Source: a virus (taxonomy: Duplodnaviria; Caudoviricetes). Taken from it: DNA of 24,707 bases. The notes beneath the pieces are model-generated. The model made no database searches, was not told the DNA's origin, and worked only from the letters and a program-made list of their open reading frames with translations. Shown here piece after piece: positions 1 through 8,700 of the stretch (position 1 is its first letter; the number at the start of each line of letters is the position of its first letter). The DNA lies in the IMG/VR virus record IMGVR_UViG_3300017909_002599, positions 1 through 24,707 of that record. One strand, written 5' to 3'. Made by a program: the position numbers and the translations under genes.

Positions 1-3000
1 CAATTCGCGAAGTAGCATCAACTACTAAAGTATTAGATGCTGCACCAACCTCAAATCTTACTGGTACTGTACTGGTATCTTGGTCAAACCATGTGAAAGC
101 ACTGTCTGAAACATTAACACCCATATTCCACTTAATAGAATTATTAGGTGCAAAGACCATTCTAGTATTATAACTTGATGAAGTAGATGCTAATTTTAAT
201 TGTATATTTGTATCATCACGCGCATCAATTGTAAAGTCGGGAGAAGATGTTCCTATACCAAGTCGACCATTAACATCAAATCTTGCAATTTCATTACTAT
301 TTAAATCGTCGATTCTAAATATAATTGCTGAATTACCAACATCATTATCGGAATCTGCAATTAGTTGTAATGTTCCATTTTGTGTTTTTATTGCTGATGA
401 TGATGTAGCATCTGTAAATACAATACCGCCCTGATTATCTCCTGACTCAAACCTAGCCACATAATCAGTAGTAGCATGATATACATGTAAAGGTTTGTCT
501 GGTGAACTAGTTCCAATACCAACATTTCCTGTCAATACCTCTAAACCATGTGATAATTTAAATCTATCATTTGATGCTCCCCAATTAAAAGTTGCATCAG
601 ATGAACTACTAACAGCATCTTGGATTGTAATACCTGCACCATCTGCGGTACTTGATGTATCTCCAGTTCCATAATTAAGTGTTATATTTTTATCTTCTAC
701 ATCTAGCGTTGCTGTATTTAAAGTTGTGGTTGTACCTTGAACAGTTAAATTTCCACCAACAGTTACGTTACCAGATGTTGATATTGTAGCTAAACTACCT
801 GATGCTAATCTTGAATCTACTCTTGTATCGGTATAATATAAATTACTTGAACCTTCTGTTAAATTATCAGTATCATATGCACTTAAATTTGAAGTAAAAG
901 CATTTGAGCCTAATTCTCTTGTTCCAACAACATTTGAACCATTTATCATTAAAGATGTAGCTTCTGAATTTTGAGCTGATAAACCTGAAAGTGTTAAGTC
1001 ACTTGAAACTGTAAGACCACTAACATCGTTAACAGTTACGTTCCTACTTCCAATAACTACTTCAATTGATGTTCCATTAGGTGGAGCAGAACTAAATGTT
1101 AAAGTTGTGCCACTTACTGAATAAGTAGCTTTTTCTTGATATACACCATCAATATAAACTTGTGTATTATTTTCATTATTAGGATTTGCAGCAATTGTAA
1201 ATGCTGTTGTTGTTCCATCACCTGTTAATTCACTTAATGCAGAATCTCCAAATCCTAATACTTGAGTATATGCTGAAACTTGTAGTATATCACCAGAACT
1301 TGCAGCATTTACTAATACAACTGAAGTACCATTTGAGGCTGTGTAATCTGTTCCATTTTCTTGTAATACACCATTTAAAAATACTTGTACTGCAGAAGCA
1401 TTATAACTTAAAGTTGCTGAATTATCATCGCTTCCACTAAATGTTGTTTGGTTTGATGTTGCTGTAAATGTATATTCTGTAAATACTCCAGATTGAGAAG
1501 CTCCACCTGAAGATGCAAAAGTAATAGTATCAGTACTTGCATCATTACTGATAGTCATACCAGAACCAGCAACAAGTGTAAGTGTATCTGTAGCTGAATC
1601 AGCAACTATATCAGATGAACCTGAAACTGCAATTGTTTTAAATGCTTCAGTGACTGAACCCGTTGCAGTTGAAGTAATTGTTAGTGTATCTGTTGATGCA
1701 TCAGTTGTTAATGAAATACCAGAACCAGCTGCAAATGTAAGTGTATCAGCCGCGGCATCAGCAACAATATTACTTTGACCAGATACTGCTACATTCTTAA
1801 ACGCTTCTGTGACTGTTCCGGTTGCAGTTGATGTAAATGTAATTTCGTCATTAGTAGCATTAGTACTAATAGACATACCAGTACCAGCAATTAAAGTTAA
1901 TGTATCAGTTGAACTATCAGCAACTACATTACTTTGACCAGATACTGAAATTGTTTCAAATGAATTAGATGCTGATGAACCCGAAAGGTCTGTACCTGGT
2001 ACAAAATTTGAACCGTCCCATTTTAATACTTGTCCACTTGATGGAGCATTTGTTGTTATATCAACATCGGATAAATCATCTATACTTGCAGCTGCGATAC
2101 GTGCATCCGCACGCGCGTTTGTGTAATATAAATTACTTCCTTCTGTTAAATCACCAGTATCAAAATTAGATAAACTTGAAACTGTACCCGTGACATTACC
2201 AGTCACATTACCAGTTAAATTACCTATGAATGTACTTGCAACTAAATTTTCACTACCTAATGTCCAACGGTCGTTTGTTTCGTCCCATACAAAAGTTTTA
2301 TTAGTTGCTGTTCCTCTTTCAACTTCAATACCAGCATTTTGTGATGGTGTGCCTGTTTCATCAGAGTTTAATACTATAATATTATCTCCAATATTTACAG
2401 TATTAGAATTTACAGTTGTTGTAGTACCTTGAACTGTTAAATTACCAGTAATTGTAGCATTACCTGCAACACTAATATTTGTTGAGGTAATATCATCTGA
2501 TGTTAATGTTCCATCAACTTGTACATCATTAAATTGTACATCAGAAGTTGTTGCAACAGCTTGGCCAATACTTATTTGACCTGATGATATTGAAACTCCT
2601 GTACCAGCAGAAAAATGAGCTCTTACTTCAGAAGCACTTGGACCTGTATAAGTAATAACACCATTACTACTATTATATGTAAGTGAACCATCACCACCAG
2701 CATCAGTGACTGATATAGCAAGACGAGTATCACTATCAGCATATTGTGTTATTGTATTTGTTATAACACCAGTAGAACTATTATACGATATACCAGTACC
2801 AGCACTTAATGCGCTTCTTACTCTATTTGTTGTATGATATAAATTTGATGAACCTTCTGTTAAATTATCAGTAGTTTTTGTTGCTAACCTTGTATCAAAA
2901 TCTGTATTTGCTCTTGTAGAAGTATAATATAGATTACTTCCTTCTGTTAAATCTGATGTTGACTTTGTAGCAAATCTTGTATCAAAATCAGAATTAGCTC

Positions 3001-3622
3001 TCGCTGTTGTATAATACAGGTTTGTTGAACCTTCAGTTAAATCATCAGTATCAAATCCTGTAAAGTTTCTAGTACCAAAATCAGCTCTTCCTCCCATATA
3101 TCCATGAGCAGAACATTGATAATGTAATACCATTGGAGTGGTATCTGTAACTGTTATTTCTGTGTAAGCGCCTGAACTACCAGCAGTTCCATTTGTTGTG
3201 ACATTAGTTGTATATGATGTTGTTCTATCTGCTTCGTAGTAAAATCTTAAAGGATGTCCAGAGTTTGAACTATCTGATTGGTCAAACTTATATGTATTAC
3301 CTGGGACTAAATGAAGATGAGGAGATTGTAAACCATTTATATAATAACCACTGCTTGAACCTGAACCACTATGAGTATGGTCAGTTGTTTTTGCTGCAAC
3401 TGTGACAGTAAATGTTAATGTTTGGCTTTTTCTTATTTTATGATAAGAATCTGTAGCTGAACCAACTTGTATGACTTCACTTGCTGAACCTTCGGTAGTT
3501 TTAGCGTAAAGTTTACCATCATAGGTATTAAGCGCTAACTCACCTAAGTCTAAATTACTTGTTGTTGGTTTGGCACCAGCGGTAGCTGAACGCCTCAGTT
3601 TAATATTAGTATTTCTTGCCAA
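1..3622 (-). CDS. Large modular tail fibre with a T4 gp37-like N-terminus, 3'-truncated by the window edge (>=1207 aa); absent from the ORF track
   Basis: Manual translation is open from TTG at 3622 to the window edge with no stop. SD GAGGAG lies 6 nt upstream (3629-3634). The N-terminus MARNTNIKLRRSATAGAKPTTSNLDLGELALNTYDGKLYAK resembles the T4 gp37/Mtd N-terminal motif (KRS..AG..P....L..GELAIN..D). It contains TEGSxNLYYTxxR repeats, GNLTVQGTTT modules, small beta modules (FTATSNQTTF...VFLNGV; GDGTTTAF...VYIDGVYQ) and GNVGIGTSSP-type repeats typical of phage fibres. Confidence 0.9.
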   Translation of the reverse strand, partial: MARNTNIKLRRSATAGAKPTTSNLDLGELALNTYDGKLYAKTTEGSASEVIQVGSATDSYHKIRKSQTLTFTVTVAAKTTDHTHSGSGSSSGYYINGLQSPHLHLVPGNTYKFDQSDSSNSGHPLRFYYEADRTTSYTTNVTTNGTAGSSGAYTEITVTDTTPMVLHYQCSAHGYMGGRADFGTRNFTGFDTDDLTEGSTNLYYTTARANSDFDTRFATKSTSDLTEGSNLYYTSTRANTDFDTRLATKTTDNLTEGSSNLYHTTNRVRSALSAGTGISYNSSTGVITNTITQYADSDTRLAISVTDAGGDGSLTYNSSNGVITYTGPSASEVRAHFSAGTGVSISSGQISIGQAVATTSDVQFNDVQVDGTLTSDDITSTNISVAGNATITGNLTVQGTTTTVNSNTVNIGDNIIVLNSDETGTPSQNAGIEVERGTATNKTFVWDETNDRWTLGSENLVASTFIGNLTGNVTGNVTGTVSSLSNFDTGDLTEGSNLYYTNARADARIAAASIDDLSDVDITTNAPSSGQVLKWDGSNFVPGTDLSGSSASNSFETISVSGQSNVVADSSTDTLTLIAGTGMSISTNATNDEITFTSTATGTVTEAFKNVAVSGQSNIVADAAADTLTFAAGSGISLTTDASTDTLTITSTATGSVTEAFKTIAVSGSSDIVADSATDTLTLVAGSGMTISNDASTDTITFASSGGASQSGVFTEYTFTATSNQTTFSGSDDNSATLSYNASAVQVFLNGVLQENGTDYTASNGTSVVLVNAASSGDILQVSAYTQVLGFGDSALSELTGDGTTTAFTIAANPNNENNTQVYIDGVYQEKATYSVSGTTLTFSSAPPNGTSIEVVIGSRNVTVNDVSGLTVSSDLTLSGLSAQNSEATSLMINGSNVVGTRELGSNAFTSNLSAYDTDNLTEGSSNLYYTDTRVDSRLASGSLATISTSGNVTVGGNLTVQGTTTTLNTATLDVEDKNITLNYGTGDTSSTADGAGITIQDAVSSSSDATFNWGASNDRFKLSHGLEVLTGNVGIGTSSPDKPLHVYHATTDYVARFESGDNQGGIVFTDATSSSAIKTQNGTLQLIADSDNDVGNSAIIFRIDDLNSNEIARFDVNGRLGIGTSSPDFTIDARDDTNIQLKLASTSSSYNTRMVFAPNNSIKWNMGVNVSDSAFTWFDQDTSTVPVRFEVGAASNTLVVDATSRI
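820..3055 (-). repeat. Five dispersed T(D/S/G)(D/N)LTEGS(x)NLY(Y/H)TxxR repeats in the large fibre
   Basis: Copies near 3000-3050, 2910-2960, 2822-2875, 2110-2160 and 822-875. The copies at 848-872 and 2849-2873 share 25 identical nucleotides. Confidence 0.85.
1505..1960 (-). repeat. Three tandem 53-aa (159-nt) repeats inside the large fibre
   Basis: Units FETISVSGQSNVVADSSTDTLTLIAGTG, FKNVAVSGQSNIVADAAADTLTFAAGSG and FKTIAVSGSSDIVADSATDTLTLVAGSG start at 1960, 1801 and 1642, exactly 159 nt apart. Confidence 0.9.
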
Positions 3623-3641
3623 TTTTGGCTCCTCTTTTCAA

Positions 3642-3682
3642 TCCTTATATAAGGAAGGTTTACAAACACATATATATGTGTT
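3642..3682 (-). promoter_or_regulatory. Two perfect palindromes (putative 5'-leader hairpins) upstream of the large fibre gene
   Basis: TCCTTATATAAGGA (3642-3655, 14 bp) and AACACATATATATGTGTT (3665-3682, 18 bp), both centred on TATATA, lie between a TATAAATA box and the SD. Confidence 0.65.
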
Positions 3683-3688
3683 ATAATA

Positions 3689-3696
3689 TATTTATA
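3689..3696 (-). promoter_or_regulatory. T4-type late promoter TATAAATA (large fibre gene)
   Basis: Exact gp55 consensus, intergenic, directly after the stop of the 494-aa gene and 67 nt upstream of the TTG start. Confidence 0.8.
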
Positions 3697-5181
3697 TTAG
3701 AAGGTACCGCCGTCTATTATATTTGAAAATGCCGGAGCACCTCCACTATCTGCTTGTAAAATAGAGCCATTTGCACTTGAAGCAGCTGTGACATCAAGGG
3801 CATTTGCACCATCACCATATAATACACCATTATCAGTAAATGTTGAAACTCCAGTACCACCCTCGGTGACTGCTAAATCGTTTGTTAATGTGACTGTTCC
3901 TGTGACGCTTAAATTATCATCAACTGTGACTGTACCACCAGCTGAATCAAGAGTTAAGTTTCCAGAAGAAGTATCTATTTCATTTCCGCCTGTGACTGCA
4001 ACTCTTATATTATCTAAAGTTGCACCAGTACCATAAATATCTCCAATATTTAAATCACCCCAAGGAGATGAAGCATCGTCTCCACCACTTAAATCTTCAT
4101 CTGGTGTAAATGAGAATCTTTGAGTTTGTATATCAAATCCAAAAAATCCGTCTTTAACAGCTGAGCCGTTATGCCATTTGAATCTTATACCTCTATCAAG
4201 ACCATCAGCAGAAGAAGTATCTTGTGCCAATTCTATCATTGGGTCTGTGAGAGTTGTTTCTGTAGAATTAACTGATGTAGTTGTACCTTGAACAGTTAAG
4301 TTTCCACCAACTGTTAAATTACCTTGAGTTTGAACTGTATCTGATGAAGCATTACCTAAAGTAACGTTTCCATTTACTTGTAATGTTCCACCTACTACTG
4401 TATTACCAGTAGCTTGAGCAACTGTAAAATTGCCGGCTCCAACATTTAATGATGACCCATCAAAAGTTAGATTTGCATCATCTTCTATTTCACCGCCAAC
4501 TCCAGCAATTACTATTCTATTGTCTGTTAAATCTTCTATTTTAGCTGAAGCAATTTCTGCTGAAGTTGCAACATCTAAAGTTGCTACATCTAAATCACCG
4601 GCTATATCTACATCAGTAGGTAATCCAATTGTTAAGGTATTACCAGAACCTGATGTTTCTATTTCGTTTGCTGTACCAGCTATTGTAAGTGTTTCTGAAT
4701 CTAAATCAATAGATAAAGCACCACCAGTATCACCTTGGAAATCTAAATCTTGAGCTGTGACTTCTTGGTCAACATATTCTTTTACACCTTGTGCAGTAAT
4801 AAGTTGAGCATCAGTTGGAGAACCAGGCATTGCAGTTTGAATGCTAGTTACGACTTGACCTGAACCACCTGAACTTTCAAGTGCTAAACTTCCAATATTT
4901 AATTCTGTTACGTGTTTTGCACCGTCTACAATTAATGCACTATTTGCAGTTGTAGTACCATGAACGTGGTCTAATAAATCTGTAAAATACTTACCACCAA
5001 TTATTTCTTGGTTAGGTGCTATACCACCAGATTCTGTACCAACACCGATAAAGACTCTTTGTCCATTATCACTTTGGCTACCAGTACCGTATGTATAAGC
5101 TATCTCACCAGTTTTTAATAGGTTATTAGGAGCGGTTGTACCACTACTTGTAAGATGCTTTATTCTTGTTAATGCTGCCAT
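3697..5181 (-). CDS. Tail fibre segment / virion structural protein (494 aa)
   Basis: N-terminal RIKHLTSSGTTAPNNLLKTGEIAYTY motif (gp37/Mtd-N-like), G/T/S/D-rich beta repeats, a GNLTVQGTTTSVNS..LTDPMIEL module, LAVTEGGTG and C-terminal IIDGGTF. Confidence 0.8.
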   Translation of the reverse strand: MAALTRIKHLTSSGTTAPNNLLKTGEIAYTYGTGSQSDNGQRVFIGVGTESGGIAPNQEIIGGKYFTDLLDHVHGTTTANSALIVDGAKHVTELNIGSLALESSGGSGQVVTSIQTAMPGSPTDAQLITAQGVKEYVDQEVTAQDLDFQGDTGGALSIDLDSETLTIAGTANEIETSGSGNTLTIGLPTDVDIAGDLDVATLDVATSAEIASAKIEDLTDNRIVIAGVGGEIEDDANLTFDGSSLNVGAGNFTVAQATGNTVVGGTLQVNGNVTLGNASSDTVQTQGNLTVGGNLTVQGTTTSVNSTETTLTDPMIELAQDTSSADGLDRGIRFKWHNGSAVKDGFFGFDIQTQRFSFTPDEDLSGGDDASSPWGDLNIGDIYGTGATLDNIRVAVTGGNEIDTSSGNLTLDSAGGTVTVDDNLSVTGTVTLTNDLAVTEGGTGVSTFTDNGVLYGDGANALDVTAASSANGSILQADSGGAPAFSNIIDGGTF

Positions 5182-5184
5182 TTT

Positions 5185-5433
5185 TTAAAATACTCCCCCT
5201 GTTATTGTTAGGTTTCCGTTATCAACTACTGTTTTAGCGTCCCATTGAGATGATGCAGCGTTGTACTGTAATACAGCTCCATCTCCAAGATTTGCAGGAT
5301 TAACATCTGTTAAATCTGATAAACCAACATTACCTATCTTTAAAGTTTGAGCTACAATCTTATCTGGATTACCTTTTACCTTACTTTTAAGATTAGGGTT
5401 TTGTGTAATTCTTGCTTTATAATTATCTGCCAT
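5185..5433 (-). CDS. Small fibre-associated connector protein (82 aa)
   Basis: The LSDLTDVN....GAVLQYNAASSQW motif also occurs in the large fibre (IDDLSDVD...GQVLKWDGSNF). It ends ITGGVF and has a TAATG overlap with the upstream gene. Confidence 0.75.
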   Translation of the reverse strand: MADNYKARITQNPNLKSKVKGNPDKIVAQTLKIGNVGLSDLTDVNPANLGDGAVLQYNAASSQWDAKTVVDNGNLTITGGVF

Positions 5434-5771
5434 TATGTTTGCGTCACTCCAGGTGTAATTTCTACTTGTCCTTCTAAAACTCTTGTTTTTGTGCCGGCGT
5501 TACTTGTTATTTCTACATCGTATACATAACGACCAGCTTTCATAGCATTAGTTTGAGCATTTGTCAAACTTATATTTAATACTCCATTAGTTGCAGGTGA
5601 TTGAACATTAACTGTAAAATCTACAGCTGTAGACGATGAATATGTTTTCCTTATTTGACCCTTACCTGTATGTCCAGTCAAATCAACTGCATCGCCATCT
5701 GCGTCAGTCACATCAATAGAAGCTGAATAATCTGCTCCTTGGTCAATAACTATATTAGAGTATACTGCCAT
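5433..5771 (-). CDS. Conserved virion adaptor protein (BppU-N/Ig-like beta-sandwich, 112 aa)
   Basis: NIVIDQGADY...DLTG....QIRK...AGRYVYDVEI...TRVLEGQVEITPGVT is a pattern common next to fibre genes in T4-like aquatic phages. SD AGAGGA at 5776-5781. Confidence 0.75.
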   Translation of the reverse strand: MAVYSNIVIDQGADYSASIDVTDADGDAVDLTGHTGKGQIRKTYSSSTAVDFTVNVQSPATNGVLNISLTNAQTNAMKAGRYVYDVEITSNAGTKTRVLEGQVEITPGVTQT

Positions 5772-5779
5772 TTATTCCT

Positions 5780-8700
5780 CTATACCTTCTTATTTATATC
5801 TTTTAATTCTTCAATTTCAGCTTTTAATAATTTAATTGCTTCAATTAAATATCCTACAGTGTTACCATACGCAACACCCTTTGTTCCATCTTCATTTTCG
5901 TGAACTAATTCTGGAGCTATTTTTTCTAATTCTTGAGCAATAACACCAGATGATTGTTTTCCATCTTGGTCATTACGATTAAATGAAGCTCCTCTCATAT
6001 CAAATACTTTTGAACCATCAAGTGTTTGTATATTATCTTTTAATTTTTCATCTGAAAAAGCTACAATATCAGCTGATGCTGTAAATGTTCCATTAAATGA
6101 ACCTGTCATTGCAATCGTAGAATTACCAGTTCCGGAACTTACTGATATACCATTTCCTGCAATGTTAGTTGTGACTGTATTTGTATCTGTATTTGTATCT
6201 GTTGATGAAATATTAAATACACCTGTTGATGGTTCAGTAATTGTTACGTTAGTACCACTTTGAAGTGTAATATTACCAGTTCTATAAGCACCTGAGTCTT
6301 CTCTTATTTGTGTGACTGTATTAGTATCTGTGTTAACAACCGTTTCTGTAGCTGATGTAATACCAGTAATGTGACCATGAGTATCAAGTGTAATGTCTTG
6401 AATATATGTTCTACCAGTATTATTTACAGATGCTTGTGAAGATGTATCAGCATGATTAATTGTAATTGTTTCATTACTTGATTGGTCAGTTGTAAAATCA
6501 CCGCCACCACTTAATGATGTTCCAGCTGCTATAGTGATTGTTGCATTATTTGGATTTGTAGTATTTGTAGCTCCATCAGCAACATTTATAAAACTTCTAA
6601 TTGCACCTGCAGTACCATGCCTTATAAATCCATCATCTCCAGTTTCTACACAAACCTTAGTAATACCAGAACTTACATCATTTGGAGTTGTATTAAAATA
6701 ATTAGCATAGATATATCCTGAAGAATTCCTTTGTACAATTGTATTATTACTTGCTGCTGTAGATGAATTTAAAGCAACAGTAAATGTTGAATTACCAGTA
6801 GCATTAGCTGTAAATGTTTGAGAACCACTTATACCTCCACCAGAAGTATTCATTGTTAAAGTACCATTACCTAAACTAAATGAACCAGTTGAAGCTGCAG
6901 TTACGTGACCATGAGTATCAAATGTTAAATCTTGAACAAATGTTGTACCAGATGCATTTATATTAGATACACTTGATGTATCTGCGTGATTAAATGTAAT
7001 TACATTATTTGTAGCACTATAAGCTGCATCAATAGCAGTTCCACCTACAAATGATACATTTTCATTTTCTGCGATATTACCTCTATCTGTTCCAGCAACT
7101 GTTAAATTCCAACCAGAATATGTATCAACTGAAACACTACCTGCTGCTGTTAAACGCCCTTGAGCATCTACAGTAAATGTTGGAATAGCACTACCACTAC
7201 CATAACTTCCTGCTGTGACTGAAGTATTGTCAAGATTAGCAGTTATTGTATCACCACTTCTTACTGTTGATATTGCAGTTCCACCAGCGATATCAATTGT
7301 ATCATTATTACTATTTGCTGTTGCTGTTCCACCAGAATCTGCAGTAAAGTTTTTAAATATATTTTGAGATGAACCTCTATCAGAGTTTGTAATTGTAATA
7401 TCAAACTCATTTGTATTTAAAGCACCTGCAACTGTAATACCTGAACCAGCATTAATATCAAGAGTTTTATCTGCATCTAAATCACCTAAAGGTGAGGCAT
7501 TATTAACTGAAACATCAGGCGAACCTAGAGTTGCTGATGATAATATTAATGAACCATCTGCTTCCCATCTATCAGTTGCATAGTTATATACAATTGAATG
7601 AGCACCTGTAACGCCAGAAGCAACGCCACTTGGATTTGTAATTGGTCCAACCTCTAAACCAAATCCACCTGAACTTGGTTCTGAACTTAAATTATTTCCT
7701 GCTAATACTAATGTATCTTCAACTTCTAATGTTGAAGTATTTAATGTTGTTTGTGTACCATTAACTGTTAAGTCACCTGTGATAGTTACGTCATTAGCAA
7801 CTGTTAAATTATTTGCTACAGCTAAGTTTCCGTCTCCTGGGTCAGTTCCTGTTGTGCCAACTCTTAATCCTGCTGTTCTTGTATAATCTGTGACAACTAA
7901 GTTATTACCTATTGTCACATCATTTGGTAGACCTATTGTGACTGTTGCAGTTTCTGAACCAGAGCCTGATACTTCAATTTCATTTGTTGTACCGGCAATA
8001 GTTGAAACATAATTACCAGTTGTGTCTGTTCCTAAAGCAACTGAGTTTGCTGCAACAGTAGCTGTAAGTGTAGCACTTGCTAAGTCTGTAATTGTGACAT
8101 TACCTGTTAAATCTCCAGCTAATGTAATTGTAAAATCATTAACATTAAAATCAAAGTTTTGATTTGTTGAATCCCATGCAACTGCTATGCCAGACTCAGT
8201 ATTATTTGCTATTAAATCTTGAGCATTATAGAATGTTACGATATCTGCAGTATTAGTAGCACCTGATGTTGTCATACCAACTACTTGCCATGCTCTATCT
8301 GGTTTAGTAGAAACTAGTGATTCATTCCATTGTACTTTAACATCATGATTAGTCATTGAACCAGATGGTGTGATATAATCTCTATCTACTTGCAGACCCA
8401 TTGCTGAAACTTCACCATCAAGATTTAAGAACGCTGAACCGAAGTTAGCAACACCACCAGCAGCTGATACTAATAATGTACCATCTGATATATCTAAAGT
8501 AGTACCTGGACCAAAATCAAAAGTTCCATTACCACTTGCAGCTGTATAATTAATATTACCCGAAAGTGATTGACCACCAGCAGATGAATTTGTAATATCT
8601 AGTTTTTCTGAAGCAAGTTCTCTTAAACCTGCTGATAAATCAGTCGCTGATAAACCTGTAAGAGTCATATTACCTATGTCTGACTCATGCTCATTTATAG

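Noticed and set aside
3642-3682. Hairpins as Rho-independent terminators
   Set aside because: The stems are AT-rich, have at most a very short U run, and lie downstream of a late promoter and directly before an SD.
3500-5181. Diversity-generating retroelement suggested by Mtd-N-like termini
   Set aside because: No reverse transcriptase, no ~100-nt TR/VR pair differing at adenines and no C-type-lectin end are visible in this window.
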